NCBI GenBank assembly: GCA_938084565.1
Contig: CALKEU010000005.1
Location: 5,715 to 69,714 of the forward strand
Direction of reading: 5' to 3'
From: Candidatus Kapaibacterium sp.
GTDB lineage: Bacteria; Bacteroidota; Ignavibacteria; Kapaibacteriales; HRBIN21
Length of the DNA stretch: 64,000 bases
Below the pieces are notes generated by a model. That model did not search any database, was not told the DNA's origin, and saw only the letters and a program-made list of their open reading frames with translations. The position numbers and the translations under genes were made by a program. Shown here piece after piece: positions 1 through 8,426 of this stretch (its first letter is position 1; every line of letters begins with the position of its first letter).

Positions 1-1640
1 AGCACGAGCCCTTTGTGGGTGAGCTGGTGCTGGGCATAGAGCGTCAGGAGGCGCGGGCGGACGGAGAAGAGATCGTTGTTGAGCCCAAGGGGAGGTATCC
101 ATGGGGCGAAAATTTCGCAGTAGTGTAACTCCTGCAGGCGGAGTTCGGCACCTGTTTTGAGCTGATTCTTCTCGGCCAGGAAGGCTGTCAAATCGGCTTT
201 CACCGTGAGTTCGCGCGCAAAGCGCTGGTGCCAACTCCAGGCTGTGCCAATGTCATAGAAGCCGTCGCCGGGGATGATCCCCGTACGGGTGGAATCGCCT
301 GTATCGTAGTACTGTGGAGGGAGGGTTGGGATGTCTTGGGGCTCGCTGTATTGGGTGTAGTCCCGTCCGTTGGCGTCGCCGCGGGTGTACCATCCAGTAA
401 AGCTGAGGCGGAATTCAGTGTAAAGACGCGGACCCAGACTCTGCTGCCATGCCAGTGAGTGGAGTTGGGAGAGGGTCGAGAAGGTTAGCGCACCATCGAA
501 GTGCCCTTGGAATTTGTACTGGTAGCCCGGCTCCGGGGGGAGGTAGTCGAGCGTAGCTGATACGGTACGCAAGTTTTGGTTGAGTGCCATACTACGGGCC
601 GTCGTGTAGAGGAGTCGTGTCGTCGGGGTCAATTGCCAGCTCAGCTTGAGGAAGGCAGAGAAACTGTTGTCCTGCCGTTGCGCAAGCCATGCAGGGAGGA
701 TCGGGGAGCGCAGCTGAACGCGAGCAAATTCTGGAACGAGCCCATCGCTAAAGGAGGCCTCGGCATTCAGGACGAAGCCGAGCTGCCCGGGCAGCCGGAG
801 CCCAAGGCGCGGCAGGAGCCAGCGTGTCAGCGGTTCGGGGCCGCTGAGACTGAGGCTGTACCGATAGCTCTGGTAAGAGCTGCCCGTATCGCGATCGTAG
901 GGGTTGCGGCGATGGAGACGCCATTCAGGGCGCGCTTGGAGGCGCGCTCGCAGTGAGCGTGTGGGTTCGGCCGTGCGGATGTTGATAACTCCTGACGTGG
1001 CTTGCCCATACTCGGCTGCAAAGCCGCTGGTGAGGAGCTCAATCTCTTGAACAGCTTCCGGAGGGAGGGTCAACCCTCCACCAGAGCCCGCCAGCGGATC
1101 CTGGACCGAGATGCCATCGATGAGATAGGCTACCTCGTAGCCACGCCCGCCACGGAGGTGAAGCGTGTTGTCCTGTACCAACACCCCCGCTTGCTGGATC
1201 AGCGCATCCGTGATTGTGGATACGGCAGAGCGTTCGAGCTGCTGCTGCCCAATGCTCCGAAGAGATTGCGTTTGCTCAACATCCACCAGTGGTCGCTCCC
1301 CGATAATGACAACCTCCTGCCCAAGCGTAAGAGCCGTCTCTTCCAGACGGAGCACAAGACGCGTGGTATCGCCCGGCCGAATGCGGATGCCGCTGTGCCG
1401 GAGTGCCTTGTATCCTAGGAGAGTTGCTTCCAGCACGTATGTTCCTGCCGGAAGATTGCGCAGCATGAAGCTTCCGTCAGGGGCTGTAATGGTGCCATAC
1501 GTAGTGCCGACAAGGCGGACAGTAACCGAGCGAAGCGGTGCGCCAGTAGCAGCATCCACCGCACGACCGGCGAGTGCCCCGGTCTGTTGTGCCCACAGAG
1601 GGAGAGCAAGCAAGCCACCCAAGAGACTACGGCAGATCAT
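1..1640 (-). CDS. TonB-dependent receptor with N-terminal carboxypeptidase-regulatory-like domain (runs off the window edge)
   Basis: Not in the ORF track because there is no stop in the window. Manual translation from ATG 1640 gives MICRSLLGGLLALPLWAQQTGALAGRAVDAATGAPL...LPAGTYVLEATLLGY...LHLRGGRGYEVAYLIDGISVQDP...EIELLTSGFAAEYGQATSGVINIRT, a typical plug-domain signature. ATGA overlap with the upstream gene. Confidence 0.9.
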   Translation of the reverse strand, partial: MICRSLLGGLLALPLWAQQTGALAGRAVDAATGAPLRSVTVRLVGTTYGTITAPDGSFMLRNLPAGTYVLEATLLGYKALRHSGIRIRPGDTTRLVLRLEETALTLGQEVVIIGERPLVDVEQTQSLRSIGQQQLERSAVSTITDALIQQAGVLVQDNTLHLRGGRGYEVAYLIDGISVQDPLAGSGGGLTLPPEAVQEIELLTSGFAAEYGQATSGVINIRTAEPTRSLRARLQARPEWRLHRRNPYDRDTGSSYQSYRYSLSLSGPEPLTRWLLPRLGLRLPGQLGFVLNAEASFSDGLVPEFARVQLRSPILPAWLAQRQDNSFSAFLKLSWQLTPTTRLLYTTARSMALNQNLRTVSATLDYLPPEPGYQYKFQGHFDGALTFSTLSQLHSLAWQQSLGPRLYTEFRLSFTGWYTRGDANGRDYTQYSEPQDIPTLPPQYYDTGDSTRTGIIPGDGFYDIGTAWSWHQRFARELTVKADLTAFLAEKNQLKTGAELRLQELHYCEIFAPWIPPLGLNNDLFSVRPRLLTLYAQHQLTHKGLV

Positions 1641-3136
1641 TGTAATCCGAAAGCCTCAAGCAGAATGCGTTCCAAGAGCTGTTCGGCTCCCCCGGAGCGG
1701 TTGAAGAGATGCAGGGGGAAATTCAGGAAAAAGAGCCGACGAGAGCCGCTCCGAACCCCAACGATGGGGGTCCCTGCGTAATAGGGGCTCGGGGGTAACC
1801 GATAGAGCGGGAAAGCCGTTGCATTGGGGAAGAGAGCGTGGAGGCCAACGGCTACCCCGCGCTCCTTGACCAGAACGGGGTAGGCACCCTCTGGCACAGT
1901 GCTGTCGGGTAGCAGGGCTGTACCATTTGGCAGCGCTGCAGGTGTGGAGAAGAGCTCGCGCTGACTGAGGCTATCGACAGGGGCAATGTCCGTATAAGCC
2001 GTCGGGGAAACGAGGCTCGGCAGAGTTATCACCAGCAGGAGTTTCCCGCCCGAGCGTAAGTATTCTGGCACTACAGCGTAGGCGACCTCGAGCGCCCACT
2101 GCGGATCACCGTACCAGACTACGGCCTCGAAGAGGCGCAGTGTCTCGATGAACATGGGACTCAGGAAGGGAGGAATGTTCCGTGGCGGTGTGTGCGCCGT
2201 TCGTCCGGAGCGGATGTCGAGGACATCGAACCTGTGGGCAAAGCGTCCACCGGCAATGCGCTGGAGGGCACCGGTGTAGAAGGTGTCGGCTCCGTCGGCA
2301 ATAGCGTAGTCGTGCAGTACCAGAAGTGGACCGCGAGGTTTTCGTACATACCAGCGCCGGCCTGGTGGAGGATACTCGAGCACAGGGCTGTGAAGCCCAC
2401 CGATATCGACGGCTCGGAGGAAGAAGCGGTTGTCTGCATTGGGATACAGCCCATCAGCTTCGCGAAGGGTGATAAACTCCGCCGTCGGAGGTAGCTGGGA
2501 CCACCGGCTAGTGTCATTGAGCGCCCATTCGTAGTAGGCAATGTGGCCGGGACCATCGGGATCGAAGGCGGTAAAGCGGAAGGTGGCAACGGTAAAAGTC
2601 GTCTCAGGGAGCCATACGCTCCGGGCAGCAGCATCTGTGGTATCGCTCCCCCAAAACAGTCTCGGAGGGCTGTTCCGGACGGGGTAGCGCAGGCGTGCGG
2701 GAGTAAGGTCGACCGCCCCCTCGAGCCCGAGAAAGGGCTCCCCGTCATCGTGGATGCCATTCCCGTTGAGATCGCTAAAGGCAAACCGATCCCCCTCTCG
2801 GGGCCGAGGGCTGGCGGAGTTGTCCACAGCAGCTACGGCGAAGGTGTAGATCGTATCTGTGGATCCAACGGCGAGCTGGACGACGGTATCACGACGCTCC
2901 GTATAGTACCATGCCCGACCGTCGAAGGAGAGGAGGAAGCCGACAACAACTCCATCAGGATCATCGCCACGCCAGAAGAGATGGGCTTGGCTGCGCTGGG
3001 GGGTGGCAATAGTGTCAACCCAGAGGACCGTCTCCGGTGGAAGATTATCTCGGGGGATACCTTGGAGCCCTTCAGCACAGCCGGCGAGCACTATCGCACA
3101 GACGGGCCAGCACTTTCCCCGCTTTCTCCACCTCAT
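1637..3136 (-). CDS. Uncharacterised lipoprotein co-transcribed with the TonB-dependent receptor
   Basis: Likely start MRWRKRGKCWPVCAIVLAGC with lipobox LAGC. Contains NxPP-type Ig/FN3-like segments and a DxNxNG calcium-binding-like motif (DLNGNGIHDDGE). Confidence 0.75.
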   Translation of the reverse strand: MRWRKRGKCWPVCAIVLAGCAEGLQGIPRDNLPPETVLWVDTIATPQRSQAHLFWRGDDPDGVVVGFLLSFDGRAWYYTERRDTVVQLAVGSTDTIYTFAVAAVDNSASPRPREGDRFAFSDLNGNGIHDDGEPFLGLEGAVDLTPARLRYPVRNSPPRLFWGSDTTDAAARSVWLPETTFTVATFRFTAFDPDGPGHIAYYEWALNDTSRWSQLPPTAEFITLREADGLYPNADNRFFLRAVDIGGLHSPVLEYPPPGRRWYVRKPRGPLLVLHDYAIADGADTFYTGALQRIAGGRFAHRFDVLDIRSGRTAHTPPRNIPPFLSPMFIETLRLFEAVVWYGDPQWALEVAYAVVPEYLRSGGKLLLVITLPSLVSPTAYTDIAPVDSLSQRELFSTPAALPNGTALLPDSTVPEGAYPVLVKERGVAVGLHALFPNATAFPLYRLPPSPYYAGTPIVGVRSGSRRLFFLNFPLHLFNRSGGAEQLLERILLEAFGLQ

Positions 3137-3254
3137 TCCCCACTCCACTCTCCTGCCCTGTGCCTCTGTGCTGTTATTCCCCTCTGCCGACACCTACCGA
3201 AGCAGGCCATACATGCCCAGACCTGCTACAGAGAGCTCGCCAATTGCGTTGATG

Positions 3255-3262
3255 CAAAGTTA
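3255..3262 (-). promoter_or_regulatory. Bacteroidota-type -7 promoter element (TAACTTTG)
   Basis: Matches TAnnTTTG, intergenic, upstream of the lipoprotein/TBDR pair. Confidence 0.5.
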
Positions 3263-3292
3263 CGCCACTCCTGCCAAGCGAGCCCCGAGACT

Positions 3293-4333
3293 CTACGGAT
3301 ACAAGATGAAGAAGCTCAGGCGGGGCACAACATCGGTTTTGCGTCGAGGAGTCTGCTCCTTGGCCGTGTATGCGAGTATCCACACATTGGGCATCAGGTG
3401 TACCTGGGGCACCGGTGCATAGTCCAGCCCGAGGAGGGCAAAGTGGTATATGAAGCCTTCTATCCGAGCATGGCGGTCTTCGTCAACCCGGTCATAACGA
3501 GCTACCAGCCGGAGCGATGGCTCACCCACCAGCTGGATATTGCCGGAGAAACTCATCCCCAGCGAGGAGCTCGTCTGTCCCTGGGTGGGGAAATTCCGGT
3601 GCGACCGGAGAAGAAATTCGGCCCCCGCCTGAAATGTCGGTCGTCGATAGCCCAGGAAGAGCTTCAGGAGGCTGACGGTCTGCTCCGCAGGGCGAGCCTC
3701 CCAGTCGCCGTAGAGCTCGATCCAAGCCCCCCGAAAAGGCTGTAGAGCCAGCTGTCCGTAGAGCTTCTTGTAACGGTCCGTTTCCAAGCGAACCCCATCA
3801 CCACTTCCCACCATGAGGGTACTCTGCAGAGCGGTGTTTTTCCCCAGAGGAATGCGGGTGCAGAGGGCTACGCCGAAATCGGTTGAATTGCCCCAGCCCC
3901 AGAAATCGGTCACCGTACGCTCTAGGCTCCGATAGCCCCAGATTTGCTCCGACAGGTGCCAGGTAGGAGTTGGTATGATCCCGCCTCGTAGCTGCAGGAA
4001 GGGTAATCCAAGACTATCCCACCTGACAGAAGCCTCTTTGACGAAGACCGTGTAGCGACGCCGACCGTCGAGCGATACGTCATTGCTCTCGAGCAAAAGA
4101 CGGCTCGAGCAGCGTGGTCCCAGTTGCGCATCAACCCACAGATAGAAACGGCGGAACTGGAATGCGTGGTCGCCTCTCTTGTAGGCCGCATACTGCGCCC
4201 GGCCACCAGTGGAATCGCCCCCTGCTTTGTAGAAGTAGTCTCCGAAGAAGTAGCCCCGGATGGACAGCTGAGACTGTGCCCATGCAATACCCGACAGCAG
4301 ACCGAGGAACACCACACGGCAGAAGGTAGCCAT
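3293..4333 (-). CDS. Outer-membrane beta-barrel porin (phosphate/anion-selective porin-like)
   Basis: Signal peptide, alternating amphipathic beta-strands, FQFRRFYL and FVKEASVRW segments, aromatic C-terminus. Confidence 0.65.
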   Translation of the reverse strand: MATFCRVVFLGLLSGIAWAQSQLSIRGYFFGDYFYKAGGDSTGGRAQYAAYKRGDHAFQFRRFYLWVDAQLGPRCSSRLLLESNDVSLDGRRRYTVFVKEASVRWDSLGLPFLQLRGGIIPTPTWHLSEQIWGYRSLERTVTDFWGWGNSTDFGVALCTRIPLGKNTALQSTLMVGSGDGVRLETDRYKKLYGQLALQPFRGAWIELYGDWEARPAEQTVSLLKLFLGYRRPTFQAGAEFLLRSHRNFPTQGQTSSSLGMSFSGNIQLVGEPSLRLVARYDRVDEDRHARIEGFIYHFALLGLDYAPVPQVHLMPNVWILAYTAKEQTPRRKTDVVPRLSFFILYP

Positions 4334-4384
4334 CGTACGTACAGCCCCAGAGAGTACAACATGCCTTTGCGCCTATGGCGCACA

Positions 4385-4392
4385 CAAACCTA
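4385..4392 (-). promoter_or_regulatory. -7 promoter element (TAGGTTTG)
   Basis: TAnnTTTG match about 50 nt upstream of the porin start. Confidence 0.5.
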
Positions 4393-4481
4393 AGCTCCAT
4401 GAGGCTTCAGGAGGTATGAGCAATCTGACAAGGGAAGCTGAGATAGGTCAGCCGTGAGAAACTACCGGAGTGCGGGGTACT

Positions 4482-5210
4482 TCAGCGGCGTCGCCGCAGA
4501 CCGATGAGGAGCTGGAGTGTGATGGCCAGAGCAAATGAGCTTATAGGCGGAACCAGAAGGAGAGCCATTCCCCAGCTCAAGCGCCAATGGCCGGTTTCTC
4601 TATCGAGCTCGAAGCAGCGGAGCGCTACATCGGTACCAGGAATCGGGTAGGAGAGTACGAATTCCCCGCGGGCCTCGCGCACGAGATCCCACACAAGTAC
4701 CGGATCCTGAAAGCCTTCCATACGGCGGAGAAGGTTGCCGCGCTGATCGAGGACACAGAGCATAATCGAGTGATCGAACTCCCTGCGAGTGCTGTCGTAG
4801 TGCACGGAATACCCGAGAGCTGTCAGAAGCCGTGGAACATGTTCTTGCAGGAGGAGCCCCCACCGCCACGTGGAGTGATCGGTGAATCCAAGGCGCTGTG
4901 CCGTTGCTCGGACATCCTCAAGCCTATCTCGTGGATCAAAGCTCAGAGCCACGACAGCATACCCCTGCGGGGTTGTGCCTATGGCCTGCTTTAGGTACAA
5001 CAAGTACGGGGAGCAGAGCCCCCCACAGCGGGCCGAAAAGAGGGTGAGGAGGATGGAGTGCGAACGTATGAGGCTGTAGAGGGTTGTCTGCTCCCCGGTG
5101 GCAAGGACGAGCCGAACATCCGGTATCTTCCGCAGATAGTAATGGCCCTCGTTCAGCTGAGCCCACAGAGGGATTGCACTGATCAGGCCGAAAACACTAC
5201 ACGCCAGCAT
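4482..5210 (-). CDS. SCO1/SenC-family copper chaperone with C-terminal membrane anchor
   Basis: CxxxC motif (CGGLC), LSFDP motif, conserved His (FDHS). Directly downstream of the heme-copper subunits. Likely start MLACSVF at 5210. Confidence 0.85.
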   Translation of the reverse strand: MLACSVFGLISAIPLWAQLNEGHYYLRKIPDVRLVLATGEQTTLYSLIRSHSILLTLFSARCGGLCSPYLLYLKQAIGTTPQGYAVVALSFDPRDRLEDVRATAQRLGFTDHSTWRWGLLLQEHVPRLLTALGYSVHYDSTRREFDHSIMLCVLDQRGNLLRRMEGFQDPVLVWDLVREARGEFVLSYPIPGTDVALRCFELDRETGHWRLSWGMALLLVPPISSFALAITLQLLIGLRRRR

Positions 5211-6604
5211 CGTCGCAGCACATAGATGACGAAGGGGACTACTGCGGCCAGCACCAGCAGGGCGAAGAGACCCCCGACAAGAGCCCATAGATGCCCATCG
5301 CTGACGAAGGCCGGATACTTGTCGACTCGCCGCATGACTGACAGTGAGCCCGCAATGTAGAAGGCGAGCACAAACCCTACCCCGCCGAGCAGGTACAGCG
5401 TCGTAACGGGACGGTAGAGCCGGCTACCATCATCTCCACTCTTTTCCCGCACAAACCACGTGATGAAGCCCAGGCTGAAGAGAACATTGCCCAAGAGGTT
5501 GTACGTGTGGAAGTGCGCTGGTACCCATAAGGTGTTGTGGAGGACGAAGTTGTTTGCTACAATGGCATCCAGGATGGCGCCTAGTCCCCCGATAATCCAG
5601 AACATCACACCAGCGAAGAAGAACGTTGGGGCCAGCCACCATTTCATACCCGAGCGGTACACCGTGCCGAGCACAGAGAAGGTTGTAACAGCCACGGCCG
5701 GAATCGGAGCAATCCACGAGGCCAACTGTCCAATGTACTGCACGACTGTTGGCTGCACGAAATCCATGTAGAGGTGATGGAAGTAGGCCGTCCATACAAC
5801 GACCAGCACGAGGTTCCACGCTAGCGCAACAAAGGGTTTGGTCTTGTAGGGTTGCTTACCAGCAAGGGCCGGGAAGAGCTCGTAGAGGGTTGCAATGCCA
5901 AAGTAGAGCATCTCGTTGACTAGGGTGTGCCCGAAGAAGAAGGTGAGGTTCTTCATGAGGAGCGCATCTTGCGTGGCCCCGCTGGCGTACTGGATCAAAA
6001 ACAGCCCTAGTAAGATGACCGCTGCAATGAAGGCAGGGATTAGTCCGAGCAGCGTCGTCGTTGTGATGAGGATGAAGGGAGGTGTCTCGGGTGTACTCTT
6101 CCCCAACAGGTGCTGCCACGCCAGGGCTTGTGTCAGCGGGTACCTCCGGAGGATAGCCACCAAGAGCCCCAGGGACCAAATGAACCAGCCAATCCCTAAG
6201 CTCCCTAGGGAGAGCAGAAAGACCAAAGTGGCCCATTCACTCGTGCGTGCATAGAACGGGAGGGGGTAGAGGAAGTACCATCCCGTGTGGAGATCCCCGC
6301 CAAAGATCGCTGCTAGCAGGAGGCCAACGCCAACGAGCGTCAGGACATATCCGACCGTTGCCGGCCAGACCTGCACGTTGACGTAGCGCTGCAGGAGATA
6401 GCTCACCCCTGCCATGCTCATGACAAACCAGATCCCAACCATGAGGAGGCCATGAGCGGTCATGAGGGAGTAGAAGGTCAGCGAGGAGAGCTCGAGCACA
6501 TTGGCCTGGTTCAGGCGCATGAGAATGCCGAAGAGAATAGCGATCGGGAAAACCACAGACACTGTGATAATCCACGTGGCCGTAAGGCGGTCCAATGCCG
6601 TCAT
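5183..6604 (-). CDS. Heme-copper oxidase superfamily subunit I, probable sNOR-type nitric oxide reductase (NorY-like)
   Basis: About 12 TM helices and six canonical His ligands (H51, H226, H276/H277, H364/H366). The helix VI motif is GHTLVN, with Asn230 in place of the cross-linked Tyr. Confidence 0.85.
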   Translation of the reverse strand: MTALDRLTATWIITVSVVFPIAILFGILMRLNQANVLELSSLTFYSLMTAHGLLMVGIWFVMSMAGVSYLLQRYVNVQVWPATVGYVLTLVGVGLLLAAIFGGDLHTGWYFLYPLPFYARTSEWATLVFLLSLGSLGIGWFIWSLGLLVAILRRYPLTQALAWQHLLGKSTPETPPFILITTTTLLGLIPAFIAAVILLGLFLIQYASGATQDALLMKNLTFFFGHTLVNEMLYFGIATLYELFPALAGKQPYKTKPFVALAWNLVLVVVWTAYFHHLYMDFVQPTVVQYIGQLASWIAPIPAVAVTTFSVLGTVYRSGMKWWLAPTFFFAGVMFWIIGGLGAILDAIVANNFVLHNTLWVPAHFHTYNLLGNVLFSLGFITWFVREKSGDDGSRLYRPVTTLYLLGGVGFVLAFYIAGSLSVMRRVDKYPAFVSDGHLWALVGGLFALLVLAAVVPFVIYVLRRCWRVVFSA

Positions 6605-6620
6605 GGTGTCCTCCGCTCAG

Positions 6621-7169
6621 TTATTCGACAACGAAGCGTGCTTGCATCCCAGCGTGAGCCGCGCCGCAGTACTCCAAACACTGGGCAATGTATTCCCCAG
6701 GCTGGTCGAAGCGCCAGCGCAGGCGATTGATATACCCCGGCATGGCCTGGACCTGAGCCACAATACGCCCATTGGGGGCGTAGAGCGCAAAACCGTGATT
6801 GACGTCAAAAGAGGTGACCCGGAATTCCACTACTTGCCCCAGAGGCAGTACGAGAGTCTGCCCTAAAGCTGCTGCGTAGTCTCCATCAGTCTCAATAGGG
6901 CGTTCTGACAGGGCAAAGGCGAACTGACGGCCAACTACGTGAATGACTCGTGCGGGTGTCTCGCTCGCATAGAGGAAGTATGGCATGCGGGAAAGTGTCA
7001 GGGCAGTAAAGATGCCGACAAATCCTACAAGCCCAACGAACACCCACCGGCGTAAGGGCTCAGCCGAGACAGGTGCTGCTGTCTTTGAACTCTGCCAAAA
7101 CCACCAGAATACTGCGGCAATGATGAACGCTCCGATGAGGAACAACATCAGTATCGTGCCCTGTGACAT
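6621..7169 (-). CDS. Heme-copper oxidase subunit II with CuA site (NorS-like)
   Basis: Two N-terminal TM helices. Cupredoxin domain with DVNHGF and the full CuA motif CLEYCGAAHAGM. Confidence 0.9.
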   Translation of the reverse strand: MSQGTILMLFLIGAFIIAAVFWWFWQSSKTAAPVSAEPLRRWVFVGLVGFVGIFTALTLSRMPYFLYASETPARVIHVVGRQFAFALSERPIETDGDYAAALGQTLVLPLGQVVEFRVTSFDVNHGFALYAPNGRIVAQVQAMPGYINRLRWRFDQPGEYIAQCLEYCGAAHAGMQARFVVE

Positions 7170-7178
7170 GGGGTCTCC

Positions 7179-7955
7179 TTATTCCTGTGGAACAGACCGA
7201 GCGTATGTCAGCAGTGGAAGGGTGGTCAGCAAGACAGCGCCGGCGATATTGCCAAGCGTGACAGGAATCTGGTTCCACAGCCACCAGTCGGCCACTGTGA
7301 TCTGCGGGCTGCCGAGCAAGATTGCCGCAGGCAATACGAACATGTTCACAACGCTGTGCTCATACCCGAGAGCGAAGAAGGCCATGATGGGGAGCCACAT
7401 CGTCAATACTTTGCCGGTGGTTGTTGTCGAGATGAAGGCGATCACCGTCCCGAGCGTCACCATCCAGTTGCAGAGAATCCCCTTCAGGGCAGCAATACCC
7501 CATCCGGCAGGACCCAGCGCCTGATAGGCGAGCGTCTTGCGAGAGGCGAGTTGAAAGAGCAAGCCGCTGAGTTTGTCGTCATGGAGGGTGAGAGCGAAAA
7601 CCAGTGCATAGAAGACTCCCCCCAGTAGGTTCCCCACATATACCCAGCACCAGTTACGCACGACGGCTCCTATGGTCAGCCGTCCAGACAAAGCGGCCAG
7701 AGGCAGCAGAGCAAAGTTGCCTGTTGCAAGTTCCAAGCCCAACAAAGCCAGGAGCACAAATCCTACAGGGAAAATCAGGGCACCGACAATCGGTGGCAGG
7801 CCCTGGGCGTGGGGAACAAGGGCCAGCGAGGTTGCATAGCCCAGTAAGGCACCCGATAGAAAACCTCGGACTAGCAGTATCCGCCGTGGCAATGTGGCTT
7901 TCTTCTGTGCCACGGCCAGCATGGCGTTCACGGCCTCTTCAGGGTGCAGGTACAT
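7179..7955 (-). CDS. Formate/nitrite transporter (FNT) family channel
   Basis: Signature motifs FPVG, ELATGN, GNLLG, GILCNWMV, GYEHSVVNM, VTLGNIAG. Confidence 0.92.
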   Translation of the reverse strand: MYLHPEEAVNAMLAVAQKKATLPRRILLVRGFLSGALLGYATSLALVPHAQGLPPIVGALIFPVGFVLLALLGLELATGNFALLPLAALSGRLTIGAVVRNWCWVYVGNLLGGVFYALVFALTLHDDKLSGLLFQLASRKTLAYQALGPAGWGIAALKGILCNWMVTLGTVIAFISTTTTGKVLTMWLPIMAFFALGYEHSVVNMFVLPAAILLGSPQITVADWWLWNQIPVTLGNIAGAVLLTTLPLLTYARSVPQE

Positions 7956-8016
7956 CGCTACCCAATGTGGACGATGATGCTCAGATCTATCTCTGATCTC
8001 ATGCGACAGCCTTGCA

Positions 8017-8024
8017 CAAATATA
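8017..8024 (-). promoter_or_regulatory. -7 promoter element (TATATTTG) for the FNT-NOR operon
   Basis: TAnnTTTG match about 60 nt upstream of the FNT ATG. Confidence 0.55.
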
Positions 8025-8094
8025 TCGAACTCCAATGTTTTGGCCTCCTCAGTTGCTGCCCTCTGCTACGACTTGGAAGGAGGGCTGGATTGCC

Positions 8095-8102
8095 TATTTT
8101 TG
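8095..8102 (+). promoter_or_regulatory. -7 promoter element (TATTTTTG) just upstream of the riboswitch
   Basis: TAnnTTTG match about 13 nt before the first riboswitch stem. Confidence 0.6.
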
Positions 8103-8114
8103 CGTGGCGTGCTC

Positions 8115-8349
8115 GCTGCAGGTGCTGAGTCTATGCCCAATTTGGGGTAGGCTCGGAGAATAGGGAAGCAGGTGTAATTCCTGCGCGGTCCGTGCCGCCG
8201 TGACGGGGGACGAATCCCCAAAGCCGTAAGGCAGCCACTGTCCGCCGTGCGCGGATGGGAAGGCAGGGGAGGAGGATGAGCCCGAAGCCGGAAGACCTGC
8301 CTGCAGCTCGGTCGGATATGTGGAGCCTACACTGGATAGGTTCCCCGAC
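8115..8349 (+). ncRNA. Cobalamin (B12) riboswitch
   Basis: Closing stem GCTGCAGG(8115-8122)/CCTGCAGC(8300-8307). Conserved AATAGGGAA, GGTG-AATTCC, GCCACTG, GGGAAGG and the B12-box AGCCGGAAGACCTGCC. The downstream hairpin loop CACTGGA (8330-8336) is complementary to loop TCCGTG (8189-8194). Confidence 0.95.
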
Positions 8350-8426
8350 AGGGCAGGGCATCTGCTGTACCCTCTCTCCACCACCGGCGAGCATGCAGAG
8401 GGTGTGTTCCACAGAAGAGGTGAGCC

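Noticed and set aside
2543..3745. 400-aa plus-strand ORF
   Set aside because: Antisense shadow across two well-supported minus-strand genes. No recognisable motifs, and such ORFs are expected at high GC.
5183..6604. Calling this a standard aa3/ba3/cbb3 cytochrome c oxidase
   Set aside because: It lacks the HPxVY Tyr (has HTLVN), and the CuA-type subunit II excludes cbb3.
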